From: an uncultured Deinococcaceae bacterium
Lineage (GTDB): Bacteria; Deinococcota; Deinococci; Deinococcales; Deinococcaceae
Assembly (NCBI GenBank): GCA_964252075.1
Contig: CAXULY010000007.1
Location: 1 to 64,000 of the forward strand
Direction: 5' to 3'
DNA: 64,000 nt
Every line of letters starts with the position of its first letter. Position 1 is the first letter of the stretch. Shown piece by piece: positions 1 through 13,648 of this stretch. The notes beneath the pieces were generated by a model. It was not told the origin of the DNA and ran no database searches. It saw only the letters and a list, made by a program, of their open reading frames with translations. Position numbers and translations under genes: made by a program.

Positions 1-84
1 GCGCCACGGCACACAAAAACCGGTCTGGACGCGCGGACACCGCAAAGCGCCTGAGGGCGAGGGGACCGCATTGGTGGCTTGGCG

Positions 85-568
85 TTACGAGCCACGCTGG
101 GGGTGTGGGAGGCGCTCTTGCGGGTTCCCCAGGTCCATTTCGTAGAAGTCGTAGCCCTCCTGCCCACTGCCGTGCGGCGTGAAACCCATACGCGGGTAGG
201 CCTTGCCGGCCTCATGGAAGGCGTACCAGAACACGTAGCGTAGGGGGCGCCCGGTGGCCCAGGACTGGACCCCGTTCATCAGGGAGCGCGCCACGCCCTG
301 TCGACGCGCGTCGGGCAGGGTGTACAGGTCGTGCAGTTTGGCGGTGCGGTGGGTGTCGCCGCTGCGGAGGTGCGGACCATAGTCCTGGAGGGCGGCGTAC
401 CCGAGGAGTCGTCCGTCCCGTTCGGCGCCGAGCAACGCCCAGTCCGGGTGGACGCGGAACGCTGTGAAGCGCTCTTCCAGCGCGCCCTCGTCATCCACGA
501 AGCCCATGTCGAGCAGCATGGGGTGCAGTTGCGTCCAGTCTGTGGGGGCGCAGCTGCCGCACCTTCAC
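85..568 (-). CDS. GNAT family N-acetyltransferase, with an apparent 1-nt frameshift near the 5' end (intact frame 85..519 plus upstream part)
   Basis: Acetyl-CoA motif A in LHDLYTLPDARRQGVARSLM and YPRMGF. GTG at 568 overlaps the plsC stop and reads VKVRQLRP, joining TDWTQLHPMLLDMG only if one C of the run at 544-548 is removed. Confidence 0.8.
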
Positions 569-1149
569 TGGGCGGCGTCCCGGAGTTCCGCGAGGGCCGC
601 GCCGATGCGCTGCGTGAGGACCTCCACGTTCCCTTCCGGCGCGATGGGCGGGCCGTACCGCACGGTCCAGCGCCGTCCCTCGCGCCCGATGAGGGTGGGC
701 ACGACAGGCGCTTTGGAGCGCAGGGCGATCAGGGCGGTGCCCGGCTGGATTTCCGTGCCGCCCCGCGTGCCCTGCGGGAAGATCCCGAGCGTGCCCTCGC
801 GCTGCAGGATGCGCATGGCGGTGCGGATGGCGCCCACGTCGTTCCCCTCGCGGTTCACGGGGAAGGTGCCGAAGGAGCGGATGAGGGCGCCGAGGAGCCT
901 GTTGTGGAAGAGTTCCTTCTTCGCCATGTACTGGATGTACCGACCGTGCGGCACGACCTGCGCGAGCACGATGGGGTCGAGACCGGAGGCGTGACTGCCC
1001 GCGATGATGACGGGGCCACTGCTGGGCACGTGCTCCTGACCCCAGGCTTTCACGCCCCACGGCCAGAACAGCGGCTTGGTGAGCGTCACGCCGAAGTGGT
1101 ACATGAAGGGGATGGGCCGCACCACCGCGACGGGTGCCTTGGTGGTCAT
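565..1149 (-). CDS. plsC: 1-acyl-sn-glycerol-3-phosphate acyltransferase
   Basis: HxxxxD motif (SHASGLD), MAKKELF, FPVNR and FPQGTR. ATG overlaps the cmk stop (ATGA). Confidence 0.9.
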   Translation of the reverse strand: MTTKAPVAVVRPIPFMYHFGVTLTKPLFWPWGVKAWGQEHVPSSGPVIIAGSHASGLDPIVLAQVVPHGRYIQYMAKKELFHNRLLGALIRSFGTFPVNREGNDVGAIRTAMRILQREGTLGIFPQGTRGGTEIQPGTALIALRSKAPVVPTLIGREGRRWTVRYGPPIAPEGNVEVLTQRIGAALAELRDAAQ

Positions 1150-1778
1150 GCCCGCTCCGTGCGTCGAACAGCGGCGAGGATGTGGTTCACCACCTCGTCG
1201 AGGTTCAGATGGCTGGTGTCCAGCAGCTCTGCGTCCTCGGCGGGGACGCTCTGCGCGGCGTCGTGCGCGTCGCGGGCGCGCAGGGCGGCCTCGATCGCAG
1301 CGACGTCCTGTGGGCGTTCGGCGGCGCGGCGGCGCGCGCGGACGGTGGGGTCGGCGGTCAGGAAGAACTTCGCGGTGGCGTGCGGGAACACCGCGGTGCC
1401 CATGTCGCGGCCTTCCGCCACGAAGGGCGGGGCGGCCTGCCGCAGTTGCGCGTTCACCCAGGCGCGCACGCCGGGCAGGAGCGCCACGGGCGAGACGCCC
1501 GCGTCCACCTGCGCGGTGTGCAGGTGTGGGGTCAGGTCGCGCTCGCCCTGCCACGCCTCGTTGCCGCCCACTTGGGGGTGCAGGGTGACGGGGTGGGTGT
1601 TCAGGTGCGCGAGGAGCGGCGCCTCGTCGGTGAGGCTCAGGTCCGCCTCCTGGGCGAGGTGGGTGGCCGCGCGGTACAGCAGGCCGCTGGACAGGAACGG
1701 GACGCCCAGCGCCGCCGCGACGCGCGCTGCGACGCTGGATTTTCCGCTGGCGGCGACGCCGTCGATGGTCACAATCAC
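1146..1778 (-). CDS. cmk: cytidylate kinase
   Basis: [16 protein letters not shown]-loop, [18 protein letters not shown] and RDAHD. TACAAT lies 6 nt upstream of GTG 1778. Confidence 0.93.
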   Translation of the reverse strand: MIVTIDGVAASGKSSVAARVAAALGVPFLSSGLLYRAATHLAQEADLSLTDEAPLLAHLNTHPVTLHPQVGGNEAWQGERDLTPHLHTAQVDAGVSPVALLPGVRAWVNAQLRQAAPPFVAEGRDMGTAVFPHATAKFFLTADPTVRARRRAAERPQDVAAIEAALRARDAHDAAQSVPAEDAELLDTSHLNLDEVVNHILAAVRRTERA

Positions 1779-1872
1779 CCCGACATTGTACGCAGGGTCG
1801 CTCATGTCAGGGGCAGGGGCGGGCGAAGGCACCACAATGCTTGTCACACACGCCCTTGCTAGACTGCAGGGC

Positions 1873-2586
1873 GTGAATCTCAAGGCCCCTCAACTCAAGG
1901 TGCTGCCGCTGGCGGCCGCGCTGACCCTGGGCGCCACGCTGGCGCAGACGCAGTCCACTTCGTCGAGCGGCACGGCGGCCGCCAGCGTGACGAAGCCCGG
2001 CCCGACGCCGAGCGGGTACACCCGCGTGGCGGACCTCTCCGCGAAGCTGGAGCGCAGCTTCAAGACCCAGCCGAAGTTTGCACTGGAGTCCGGCAAGGAT
2101 TACTACGCCGTGATGGACACCAGCAAGGGCCAGATCGTGCTGGACCTGCTGGAAAAGCAGACGCCCACCACCGTGAACAGCTTCGTGTGGCTGGCCCGCC
2201 ATCACTTTTACGACGGCATCCTGTTCCACCGCGTGATTGCGGGGTTCGTGGTGCAGGGCGGCGACCCGAACACCCTGCAGAAGGACCGCAACACCTGGGG
2301 CACGGGCGGCCCCGGCTACAGCATCCCGCTGGAGGTTCGCAAGAGCCTGAACTTCGACACCAAGGGCGTGCTGGGCATGGCGCGCAGCAGCGACCCGAAC
2401 AGCGGCGGCAGCCAGTTCTACATCACGCTGGCGCCCGCGACGCCCCTGAACGGGCAGTACACGGTGTTCGGTAAGGTGGTGCAGGGCGTGGACGTGCTGG
2501 ACAAGATCACGAAGTACGAGGCGCCCGCCGCCGCTGGCACGCCGGACAAGATTCTGGACGTGTACATCGTCACGAAGAACAAGTAA
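1873..2586 (+). CDS. cyclophilin-type peptidyl-prolyl cis-trans isomerase with signal peptide
   Basis: [28 protein letters not shown] and YTVFGKV motifs. Hydrophobic N-terminus. TAGACT lies 7 nt before GTG 1873; ATG 1837 is an alternative start. Confidence 0.88.
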   Translation: MNLKAPQLKVLPLAAALTLGATLAQTQSTSSSGTAAASVTKPGPTPSGYTRVADLSAKLERSFKTQPKFALESGKDYYAVMDTSKGQIVLDLLEKQTPTTVNSFVWLARHHFYDGILFHRVIAGFVVQGGDPNTLQKDRNTWGTGGPGYSIPLEVRKSLNFDTKGVLGMARSSDPNSGGSQFYITLAPATPLNGQYTVFGKVVQGVDVLDKITKYEAPAAAGTPDKILDVYIVTKNK

Positions 2587-2597
2587 GGAGACCTGAC

Positions 2598-3164
2598 ATG
2601 ACCGACTACGCAGCTGACGGCTTCACCCAGACCCCCTACCTGAGCGACTCGCGCACCACCAGCTTCCGCAGCGCGCCGGAGCTGGGCGCCGGCATCGAGC
2701 CGGGCAAGCAGTACCGCGCGGTCTTCGAGACCACCAAGGGCCGCATCGTGATGGACCTGTACCCGGACGAGGCGCCCGTGACGGTGAACAGCTTCGCGTA
2801 CCTGATCCGCAACCACTACTACGACGGCATCGTGTTCCACCGCGTCATTCAGGACTTCATGGCGCAGGGCGGTGACCCGACCGGCAGCGGTCGCGGCGGC
2901 CCCGGCTACACCTTCGAGGACGAGTTCGACCCAAGCCGCCGCCACGACAAAAAGGGCGTGCTGAGCATGGCGAACGCGGGGCCCGGCACGAACGGCAGCC
3001 AGTTCTTCCTGACCTTCGGGCCGACGCCGCACCTCGACAACCGCCACACGGTGTTCGGTCAGGTGGTGGAGGGCATGGACGTGCTGGATAAACTCACGCG
3101 CATTCAGCCCGGGTACCCCGGCACGCCCGACAAGATCGAGCGCGCCTACCTGCTCGAGAAGTAA
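2598..3164 (+). CDS. cyclophilin-type peptidyl-prolyl cis-trans isomerase, cytoplasmic
   Basis: [37 protein letters not shown] and HTVFGQV. AGGAG RBS upstream. Confidence 0.93.
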   Translation: MTDYAADGFTQTPYLSDSRTTSFRSAPELGAGIEPGKQYRAVFETTKGRIVMDLYPDEAPVTVNSFAYLIRNHYYDGIVFHRVIQDFMAQGGDPTGSGRGGPGYTFEDEFDPSRRHDKKGVLSMANAGPGTNGSQFFLTFGPTPHLDNRHTVFGQVVEGMDVLDKLTRIQPGYPGTPDKIERAYLLEK

Positions 3165-3240
3165 TGCGCGGGGTGGCGCTGGGGGCGCGCGGCCCGCGGG
3201 TGTGGGGGGCGGCGCTCCCCGCGCCCTTCGGGCGGCGCCC

Positions 3241-4356
3241 ATGAACATCCCGGACGGCACGCGCGACGTGCTGCCCGCCGAGTGGGCGTGGCGCGCGGCG
3301 CTGCGGCGCACCCTGCAGGCGGAACTGTCCGCCTGGGGGTACCAGGGCGTGGAGGTGCCCGCCCTGGAGTTGCAGGACCCGCACCACCCGCTGGACAACC
3401 GGGCCTTCAAGCTCATTGACCGGGGGGGCGAGGTGCTGGCGCTGCGGTCGGAGTTCACGACGGCGGTGCTGCGCCTGGTGCGCGCGCGCTTCGCGGGCCT
3501 CCCCTACCCCATCCGCCTGCAGTACGCGGGGCCGCTGTGGCTGCGGCGCCTCACGGGCGACGTGGAGCCCGGCCGCCTGCGCGAGTACACGCAGGTGGGC
3601 GCGGAGCTGGTGGGCGTCTCGGACGCGCGCGCCGACGCGGAACTCGTGACGGTCGCGCGCAGCGCGCTGGAGGCGGCGGGCCTGCGCGCGCAGTTCGAGG
3701 TGGGGCACCCCGGTTTCGTGGACGCGGTGCTGGAGGACGCGGGCGTGCTGGGCGAGGCGCGCGAAGCGCTGCACGTCGCCATTGACCGCAAATCCCCCGC
3801 GGACCTGCGCGCGAACCTCGGGGCGCTCGGCGCGGCGCCCGAGGTGGCGCGCACGCTGGAGGCGCTCATTGAGCTGTACGGGCCGGGCGACGAGGTGCTC
3901 GCACAGGCCGCGCGGCTGCCGCTGGGGCCGCTGGCGCGCGCGCAGTTCGCCCGGCTCGCGGCGGTCGTGGAGCGCATCGGTGACGGCACCATCGGCGTGG
4001 ACCTCGGCATGTCCAGGCGGTACACGTACTACAGCGGCTTCACCTTCCGCGCGTACGCGCCCGGCGTGAACCTCCCCATCCTGGGCGGCGGGCGGTACGA
4101 CGCGGGCCTCCCAGGCGCGGGCTTCGCGCTGGGCCTGGAGCGCCTCACGCAGGCGCTGGGCGGCGTGCCGCCCCAGCCGGGCGAGACGGTGCTGGCCCTC
4201 GACGTGACCAGCGCCCGCTGGGCGCAGACGCAGGGCCTGAACGCAGAACTCGCGTGGACGGACGACCCCCTGGCGCTCGCGCAGTACGCCCGCACGCGCG
4301 GCATCACGCGCCTCGCGCGCGGCGAGCGCTTCGAGACTCTGGAGGTGCAGGCGTGA
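3241..4356 (+). CDS. hisZ: ATP phosphoribosyltransferase regulatory subunit
   Basis: HisRS-like: [34 protein letters not shown] and GGGRYD. Directly upstream of a short hisG. Confidence 0.9.
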   Translation: MNIPDGTRDVLPAEWAWRAALRRTLQAELSAWGYQGVEVPALELQDPHHPLDNRAFKLIDRGGEVLALRSEFTTAVLRLVRARFAGLPYPIRLQYAGPLWLRRLTGDVEPGRLREYTQVGAELVGVSDARADAELVTVARSALEAAGLRAQFEVGHPGFVDAVLEDAGVLGEAREALHVAIDRKSPADLRANLGALGAAPEVARTLEALIELYGPGDEVLAQAARLPLGPLARAQFARLAAVVERIGDGTIGVDLGMSRRYTYYSGFTFRAYAPGVNLPILGGGRYDAGLPGAGFALGLERLTQALGGVPPQPGETVLALDVTSARWAQTQGLNAELAWTDDPLALAQYARTRGITRLARGERFETLEVQA

Positions 4357-4979
4357 CGGCGCCCCTCACGCTCGCCCTCCCGAAGGGCCGCCTGATGGAG
4401 CAGGGCACCGCGCTGCTGCGCGAGGCGGGCCTCGACGTCAGCGTGCCCGCCGGGGGCCGCCAGCTGATGTACCGCTTCCCCGGCGTGACGCTGCTGGAGC
4501 TCCGCAACTCCGACGTCGCGACGTACGTGGACCTCGGCGTGGCGGACGTCGGCATCGTGGGCAAAGACCAGCTCGCGGAGTCGGGCCGCGACGTGTACGA
4601 ACCCATCGACCTGGGGTTCGGGCGCTGCCGCCTGAGCCTCATCCGCGCGGCGGGCGCGGACAGCCCGATCCTGCGCGTCGCGACGAAGTTTCCGCGCCTC
4701 ACCGCGCGCTTCCTGCGGGAGCGCGGCATCTCCGCGGAGATCGTGAAGCTCTCCGGGAACATCGAACTCGCGGCCCTCACGGGCCTCGCGGACGCCGTGG
4801 TGGACCTCGTGCAGACGGGCGCCACGCTCGCCGCGAACGACCTCGTGGAGACGGAGGTGCTGATGGCGTCCAGCGCGCGCCTCATCGTGAACCGCGCGGC
4901 CCTGAAGCTCCGGCAGGAAGAGTTGCGCCCACTGATCGCACGCCTGCGAGAACTGGTCGAGGCACGCCAGCCCGCATGA
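4353..4979 (+). CDS. hisG: ATP phosphoribosyltransferase, short form
   Basis: [32 protein letters not shown] and [12 protein letters not shown] overlaps the hisZ stop. Confidence 0.93.
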   Translation: MTAPLTLALPKGRLMEQGTALLREAGLDVSVPAGGRQLMYRFPGVTLLELRNSDVATYVDLGVADVGIVGKDQLAESGRDVYEPIDLGFGRCRLSLIRAAGADSPILRVATKFPRLTARFLRERGISAEIVKLSGNIELAALTGLADAVVDLVQTGATLAANDLVETEVLMASSARLIVNRAALKLRQEELRPLIARLRELVEARQPA

Positions 4980-5062
4980 GTTTGGGTGGGGACCGACCTC
5001 ATGGGCGGCGCGGGCGCGTGTGCCGGCTGCAAGCACCAGCAAAGCGGCAAGTCCACATGAAA

Positions 5063-5090
5063 AGCAGGGCCGGGCACACCCCGGCCCTGC
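5063..5090. terminator. hairpin between convergent hisG and the SIS-domain gene
   Basis: AGCAGGGCCGGG-loop-CCCGGCCCTGCT inverted repeat. Confidence 0.65.
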
Positions 5091-5101
5091 TCCTATTTCC
5101 T

Positions 5102-5977
5102 TTACTCCGCTTCGCTCAGGCCGCGCATGGCCTCGCGCAGCACGCCCGTGTCGTCCGGCGCGACGCTGTAGCGCTCCGCGAGGTACGCGGCGGTCCACAA
5201 CCCGAGGTACCACAGCGCGAGGCTCCCGGCGTACCCAGGCTCCCCGCCGGGGTACGGGATCAGCTGCACCTCATCCACGCGCGTCTGCAGGATTTCGCGC
5301 GCGAGCGCGAGTTCCGCGTCCTCCTCACCGAGGATGAGGGCGAGGCGACCGTCACCGCTCTCGTGGCGCGCCTCGAAGGCACCGGACAGCACATAGAGGG
5401 GGTCGCGCTCGACGGGCAGCGCGAGGCTCTTCCCGACGCGCGCCAGCACATGCTGCCACGCCCACGTGAGCCAGCCCTCCCCTTCCGGGGCGAGCAGCAG
5501 CGGCACGCGCGTCCAGAGGGTCCACGCGAGGTCCCGCGCGGGGTTCCCCTCCGTGACGTCCGGCGCGCAGCGCGCCGCGAGGTCCGTCAGGAGGGCGTCG
5601 GCGGCGGCGGCCTGCTCGCTGTGGCCGCTGGCGTGCGCCACGAACTGCGCGTACGTGTACGTGCCGAGCACGCCACGCGGCACGAGGAACGCGAGGCCCG
5701 CGAGGTCCCCCTCGCCCGCGCGAACCACGGTCGCGCCGCGCGCCTCCGCGATGTTCGCGTAGTCCTGCGCGGCGGGGCGCGCCTCGCTGGACGCCAGCAC
5801 GAACTGCGTGCCCTCCCCCGTGAGCTGGCGCCCGATGAGGTTCTCGCACAGGCCCGCCGCGAGCGCGCCCTCCCCCAGCCCGATCACGCCGAACGGCCCG
5901 TCGTAGGCGCGCAGGGGTCCCTGATAGCTGCCCGGCAGCGCGAGCAGTGCGTTCATGAAGTCGGTGCTTCCGGCCAT
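5102..5977 (-). CDS. SIS-domain protein resembling bifunctional phosphoglucose/phosphomannose isomerase (PGI/PMI C-terminal-like)
   Basis: NPARDLAW, WQHVLARVGKSLA and C-terminal YLAERYSVAPDD resemble the NxAK.LA, W..N.K and S.YLA..GVDP pattern of PGI/PMI. The catalytic residues look divergent. Confidence 0.6.
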   Translation of the reverse strand: MAGSTDFMNALLALPGSYQGPLRAYDGPFGVIGLGEGALAAGLCENLIGRQLTGEGTQFVLASSEARPAAQDYANIAEARGATVVRAGEGDLAGLAFLVPRGVLGTYTYAQFVAHASGHSEQAAAADALLTDLAARCAPDVTEGNPARDLAWTLWTRVPLLLAPEGEGWLTWAWQHVLARVGKSLALPVERDPLYVLSGAFEARHESGDGRLALILGEEDAELALAREILQTRVDEVQLIPYPGGEPGYAGSLALWYLGLWTAAYLAERYSVAPDDTGVLREAMRGLSEAE

Positions 5978-6075
5978 TTTCGTCCCTCCCGGGGTGTGGT
6001 GTGAAGCAGCTCAGCGCCGCTTCATGTCCCGTGAACCCCACATGCTAGAATCCCTGCCGTGCGTCTTCTACGAGC

Positions 6076-6104
6076 AAAAAACACCACCGGTGCGGTGGTG
6101 TTTT
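6076..6104 (-). terminator. intrinsic terminator downstream of tRNA-Arg
   Basis: AAAACACCACC-loop-GGTGGTGTTTT hairpin, with an A-run that gives a U-tract on the minus strand. Confidence 0.75.
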
Positions 6105-6107
6105 CAG

Positions 6108-6184
<77 letters not shown>

Positions 6185-6226
6185 AAAGCTTTGTTACGCT
6201 AGCACGCCTCAAGGAGGAAATTCAAG

Positions 6227-8134
6227 GTGAACCGAACGCTACTCGTGCGCGTCCTCATGGGGATTGTGGGGCTGCTGGTCGTCGTGGGACTGGTGATCAA
6301 CTTCACCCCGGCGCTGTCGTCCCTGCGCGGCGGAAGCTCCAGCAGCCCCTCCGCCCTCACCGTCAACGGCGCCGCCGTGACCGAACAGGACCTGGAGGCC
6401 ATCAAGCGCTCCAACCCCGTGCTCAGCCTCGCCCAGAGTGGGCAGCTGGCCGACGACTTCAAGACCGCCACCGTGGACCGCGCCGTGCAGAACGCGCTCG
6501 TCGCGAGCGCCAGCGACGACATCAAGGTGTCACGCGATGACGTGAACGCCGAAGTGCAGAAGGTGCGCGACCAGTACAACCTCAAGACCAACAAGGAGTG
6601 GCTGGCCGCGCTTGCCGCGAACAACCTCACGGACGCCGGCTTCCGCGATCAGGTGCGCAAGCAGCTCGCCGTGCAGCGTAAGGTCAAGCAGATCACGGAC
6701 GCTGCGCCGAAACCCACCGACGCACAGCTGCAGATGTACTACCAACTGCACCAGAGTGAGTACAAGGCCGATCCGCGCGTGCGCGCCCGCCTGATCTCCG
6801 TGAACGACCAGAAGAAGGCGAGCGCCCTGCTCGCGCAGCTCAAGGGCGGCGCGGACTTCGCGCAGCTCGCGAGCGCCAACAGCCTGGACTACAAGGACCG
6901 TGGGGGCGCCGTCGCCGCCGTGACGGGCGGGAAGGTCACGCCCGTCACGCAGGCCGCCCTGCAGCCCGCCGAAGTCGCGACCGCCGCCTTCGCGCTCACC
7001 AAGGGCGGACTGTCGGACGTCGTCAAGTCCGGCAGCAAGTACTACATCGTGAAGGTCGAGGAGTACCTGCCCGCCAGCGTGCAGCCGTACAACGACGTGA
7101 AGGCCGACGTGACGAAGAAGGTCAGTGACCTGATCTCGCAGCAGGCGCAGCAGGACTGGCTGGACGGCCTGCGCAAGAGCGCCAAGATCGACGTGAAGGA
7201 ACCCAGCTGGGCCTTCCAGAACCCCGTCGTCGCGACCGTGGGCGGCACGCCCGTGTACTACGCGGAGCTCATGCAGGCGGTCCTCGCGAACCAGCAGCTC
7301 GCGCAGTTGCTGCAGCAGGCGCCGCCTGACCAGGCCGCGAACTTCGTGAACGGCTTCTTCAAGCCGCAGGTCATGAACCAGCTCATCCAGAGTTACGCCG
7401 CGGCGGACGTCGTGAAGCGCGACAAGCTCCCCCTCGTCGGCCCGCGCGGGCAGCTCCTCGCGGACCTCGCGAGTTACGGCACGCGCGACGTGAAGGTCAC
7501 GGACGCCGAAGTGCAGGCCTTCTACACCAAGAACAAGGCGCAGTACCAGACGCCCGCCAGCGCGGACGTGGACGTCATCGCCTTCACGGACAAGGCGAGC
7601 GCCCTCGCATTCCGCCAGAACTTCCCCGCGAACGCCGACAACGTCGTGCAGGCCGCCGCGCAGGCGGGCGGCACGCTCACCGAGTACGGCGGCGTGAAGC
7701 AGGGCGAGCAGGACGCGCAGACGCAGCAGCCGAAACTGAACCCCGTGCTGGACAAGGCGATCTTCGCGTCCGGCCGCCTGCAGGCCGCCGGGGACGGCAG
7801 CGTGAGCGACGTGGTGGAGGCGAACGGCCGGTACTCCCTCGCGTGGGTGCATGACCTCGTCGCAGCGAACACCACCCCGCTCGCGCAGGTGCGGGCCCAG
7901 GTGAGTGACGCCGCCCTGCAGGAGAAACTCACGAGCGCGAAGACCGCGTACGTTGAGCAGCAGACGAAGAACGTGAAGGTCGAGAACAACCTGCAGAAGG
8001 TCCTGGCGGCGCAGCAGGCGCGCGTTGCGGCGAGCGAGGCCGCCAGCACCAGGGGCACCTCCGCCGCGGGCGGCAGCACCACCGCGACCTCCAGCGCGAG
8101 CGTCACGGGCACCTCCGCCAGCAGCAGCCAGTAA
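6227..8134 (+). CDS. membrane-anchored SurA/PrsA/PpiD-like parvulin (PpiC-type) foldase
   Basis: N-terminal TM helix, SurA-N-like region, parvulin motif GADFAQLASANS.D..RGG and a second degenerate rotamase domain. AGGAGG RBS. Confidence 0.85.
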   Translation: MNRTLLVRVLMGIVGLLVVVGLVINFTPALSSLRGGSSSSPSALTVNGAAVTEQDLEAIKRSNPVLSLAQSGQLADDFKTATVDRAVQNALVASASDDIKVSRDDVNAEVQKVRDQYNLKTNKEWLAALAANNLTDAGFRDQVRKQLAVQRKVKQITDAAPKPTDAQLQMYYQLHQSEYKADPRVRARLISVNDQKKASALLAQLKGGADFAQLASANSLDYKDRGGAVAAVTGGKVTPVTQAALQPAEVATAAFALTKGGLSDVVKSGSKYYIVKVEEYLPASVQPYNDVKADVTKKVSDLISQQAQQDWLDGLRKSAKIDVKEPSWAFQNPVVATVGGTPVYYAELMQAVLANQQLAQLLQQAPPDQAANFVNGFFKPQVMNQLIQSYAAADVVKRDKLPLVGPRGQLLADLASYGTRDVKVTDAEVQAFYTKNKAQYQTPASADVDVIAFTDKASALAFRQNFPANADNVVQAAAQAGGTLTEYGGVKQGEQDAQTQQPKLNPVLDKAIFASGRLQAAGDGSVSDVVEANGRYSLAWVHDLVAANTTPLAQVRAQVSDAALQEKLTSAKTAYVEQQTKNVKVENNLQKVLAAQQARVAASEAASTRGTSAAGGSTTATSSASVTGTSASSSQ

Positions 8135-8154
8135 CAGAGACGGATTGAAGGAAG

Positions 8155-8182
8155 TGGGCGGAACCGAATGGGTTCCGCCCAT
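8155..8182. terminator. hairpin between convergent genes
   Basis: TGGGCGGAACC-loop-GGTTCCGCCCA followed by TTT. Confidence 0.7.
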
Positions 8183-8212
8183 TTGACTGTCGGGCCCGCC
8201 TGTGTCCGGGCT

Positions 8213-8725
8213 TCAGTGCTTGAGGTCCGGGAGCGCATAGGGCCGCCCAAACGGCCCGCTGTTCAGCGCCACCACCCCGCCATCCTGGCAACGCAGGCCC
8301 ACGTTCAGCGACAGATCCGATATGACTTTGCAGACCATCAGAGCGAAGTTCTTGCGGGCGTCCTGGACACTCAGGGTGTGGTCGTCGCCACCCACGAGGG
8401 AGCGACCATCGCAGAGCACGAAGTTCCGGTCAAGCAACGCTGCGTCAGGCAACCAGCGCCGGAAACTGCCGTCCTTGCGATACCACCGAAGGCCCAGCCC
8501 ACGTGGTCCTTTCGGGTCCAGGGCGGGTGTCCTGGCCCAAACCACGAGGGTGTCCCCCGTCGGTGTTCGGATGGTCTGGATGATGGTGTAACCGCCTTCA
8601 ATCTGCCCGCCCGTATTGGACGCGATGACCTGCCACTCCTGGTTCGTCAGTCCGTTGCGGAGGCTATAGGGAGCGGCGGCGGCGGTTGAACAGGTCAGCA
8701 GGACGAGGAGGGAACGCCGCATCAT
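8213..8725 (-). CDS. hypothetical exported protein
   Basis: Signal peptide MRRSLLVLLTCSTAAA, bounded by terminator hairpins. Noticeably lower GC than its flanks. No family recognised. Confidence 0.65.
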   Translation of the reverse strand: MMRRSLLVLLTCSTAAAAPYSLRNGLTNQEWQVIASNTGGQIEGGYTIIQTIRTPTGDTLVVWARTPALDPKGPRGLGLRWYRKDGSFRRWLPDAALLDRNFVLCDGRSLVGGDDHTLSVQDARKNFALMVCKVISDLSLNVGLRCQDGGVVALNSGPFGRPYALPDLKH

Positions 8726-8769
8726 CTCCCATCCTGCACCTGCTCGCTGACTCTGTGGAGGGCGAAAAA

Positions 8770-8794
8770 CGGCCAGCCCCCCTCAGGCTGGCCG
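8770..8794 (-). terminator. suf operon terminator
   Basis: CGGCCAGCC-loop-GGCTGGCCG with a preceding A-run (U-tract on the minus strand). Confidence 0.7.
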
Positions 8795-8812
8795 CTCTCG
8801 ATTGATCGCTGC

Positions 8813-10186
<1,374 letters not shown>

Positions 10187-10214
10187 GGGTGTGTTTCCCT
10201 CCTTGCGGGGGTGG

Positions 10215-10574
10215 TCAGGCGGGCGCGCGGTCGTCGCGCGAGGCGCCGTCCGAGATGACCAGGAAGTGCAGGTCGTCCGGGCCGTCGTTGCGCATCTGGT
10301 GCGCGCTGCCGGGCGGCACTTCCAGGCCGTGCTGGGCGGTCAGGGGGTGCGTCACGCCGTTCACTTCGAGGCTCGCCGCGCCCGACAGCACGTAGAAGAA
10401 CTGCCGGGTGCGGGCGTGCCGGTGCCGCGTCTCGGCGGTGCCGGGCGGCATGCGTTCCTGGATGACGCTGAGGCCGGGGGCGGTGACCAGCCGCCAGCCG
10501 TCGCACTGTTCGGGTCCGGTGGTGCTGGGCCACGTGTAGTGCGGCGCGCTCGCGGTGCTGGTCGGGTCAGGCAC
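10215..10574 (-). CDS. cupin domain protein
   Basis: ERMPPGTAETRHRH..RQFFYVLSG and VPPGSAHQMRN cupin motifs. Confidence 0.85.
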   Translation of the reverse strand: MPDPTSTASAPHYTWPSTTGPEQCDGWRLVTAPGLSVIQERMPPGTAETRHRHARTRQFFYVLSGAASLEVNGVTHPLTAQHGLEVPPGSAHQMRNDGPDDLHFLVISDGASRDDRAPA

Positions 10575-10576
10575 CC

Positions 10577-11980
<1,404 letters not shown>

Positions 11981-12013
11981 GAGGCTGTCCCTCTTTCAGT
12001 TGGGTGAGGCGAT

Positions 12014-12769
<756 letters not shown>

Positions 12770-12811
12770 TGAGGACTCCTTGACGAGGTTTGGGCGGTGG
12801 TCACGATCTTT

Positions 12812-12828
12812 TTGAGAATCGTTCCTAA
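12812..12828. promoter_or_regulatory. candidate Fur/PerR-family operator
   Basis: AT-rich imperfect palindrome TTGAGAATCGTTCCTAA between divergent sufC and exbB. Confidence 0.35.
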
Positions 12829-12961
12829 CAGGCCCATTTTAGAGGGTTCGGGGGCCTAAAGTCGAGTGTTCTGGTGTGGATTCGCCCCTGGACGGCGCCC
12901 GCGCGCCAGCGCACAGAATTCCTTCACGAACACGTCAGGCGCGCGTGCTAACTGTGGTGAA

Positions 12962-13648
12962 ATGAACATCCTCGATCTGCTGCGCGCCGCCGGTCCCCTG
13001 TTGTGGGTGCTGGTGCTGGTGTCCCTGTACGTGGTGTACCTCATCGTGTTGCGCCTGCAGGTCCTCGGGAAGCTCGACCGTGACCCCACGCTGCTCTTCA
13101 CGCGCGTGCACGCCGCCGTCATGCAGCGCGACCTGCAGGGCGCCCTGCGCGAGGCGAGTCGCGAGCGCACGCCCACCGCGAACGTCCTGCGCGCCGGCCT
13201 GGAGCGCGCGCCCGCCGGCATCGAGGCGGCGGAGGGCGCCATGAACGAGGCGATGCTGCTGGAGGACCAGCGCCTGTACGCGGGCGTGAACGCCCTCGGG
13301 ACGGTCGCGCAGATCGCGCCGTTGCTGGGCCTGCTCGGCACGGTGTTCGGCATGATCCGCAGCTTCGTGGTGTTCAGCCAGACCAGCACCCCCACGCCCA
13401 GCCAGCTCTCCACCGGCATCAGCGAGGCGCTCGTGAACACCGCGGGCGGCCTGATCGTGGCGATCGTGGCGTACATCGCGCGCAACGCCCTGCGCGCGCG
13501 CGCGGACCGCGTGGCGGCGCAGGCGGAGCGCGCGCGCGAGGCGCTCCCCAGCTGGCTGCGCGAGCTGCAGTTGCGCCAGGAGGGCAGCCTGCAGGGCGCG
13601 CCCATCATGCTGTTCGAGTTCGACCCGGAAGCGCGGGCGAAGGCGTGA
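12962..13648 (+). CDS. exbB: MotA/TolQ/ExbB proton channel protein
   Basis: IAPLLGLLGTVFGMI and GISEALVNTAGGL signature TM segments. Confidence 0.9.
   Translation: MNILDLLRAAGPLLWVLVLVSLYVVYLIVLRLQVLGKLDRDPTLLFTRVHAAVMQRDLQGALREASRERTPTANVLRAGLERAPAGIEAAEGAMNEAMLLEDQRLYAGVNALGTVAQIAPLLGLLGTVFGMIRSFVVFSQTSTPTPSQLSTGISEALVNTAGGLIVAIVAYIARNALRARADRVAAQAERAREALPSWLRELQLRQEGSLQGAPIMLFEFDPEARAKA

Noticed and set aside
331..1872. Long N-terminal extensions in the ORF track (cyclophilin from 331, plsC from 1554, tsaD from 34299, secA from 32035, bcp from 31617, acs from 19048)
   Set aside because: They overlap real genes or promoters. Family motifs and -10/SD positions support the shorter starts.
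4980..5060. Short ORFs between hisG and its terminator
   Set aside because: No convincing start signals or coding bias.
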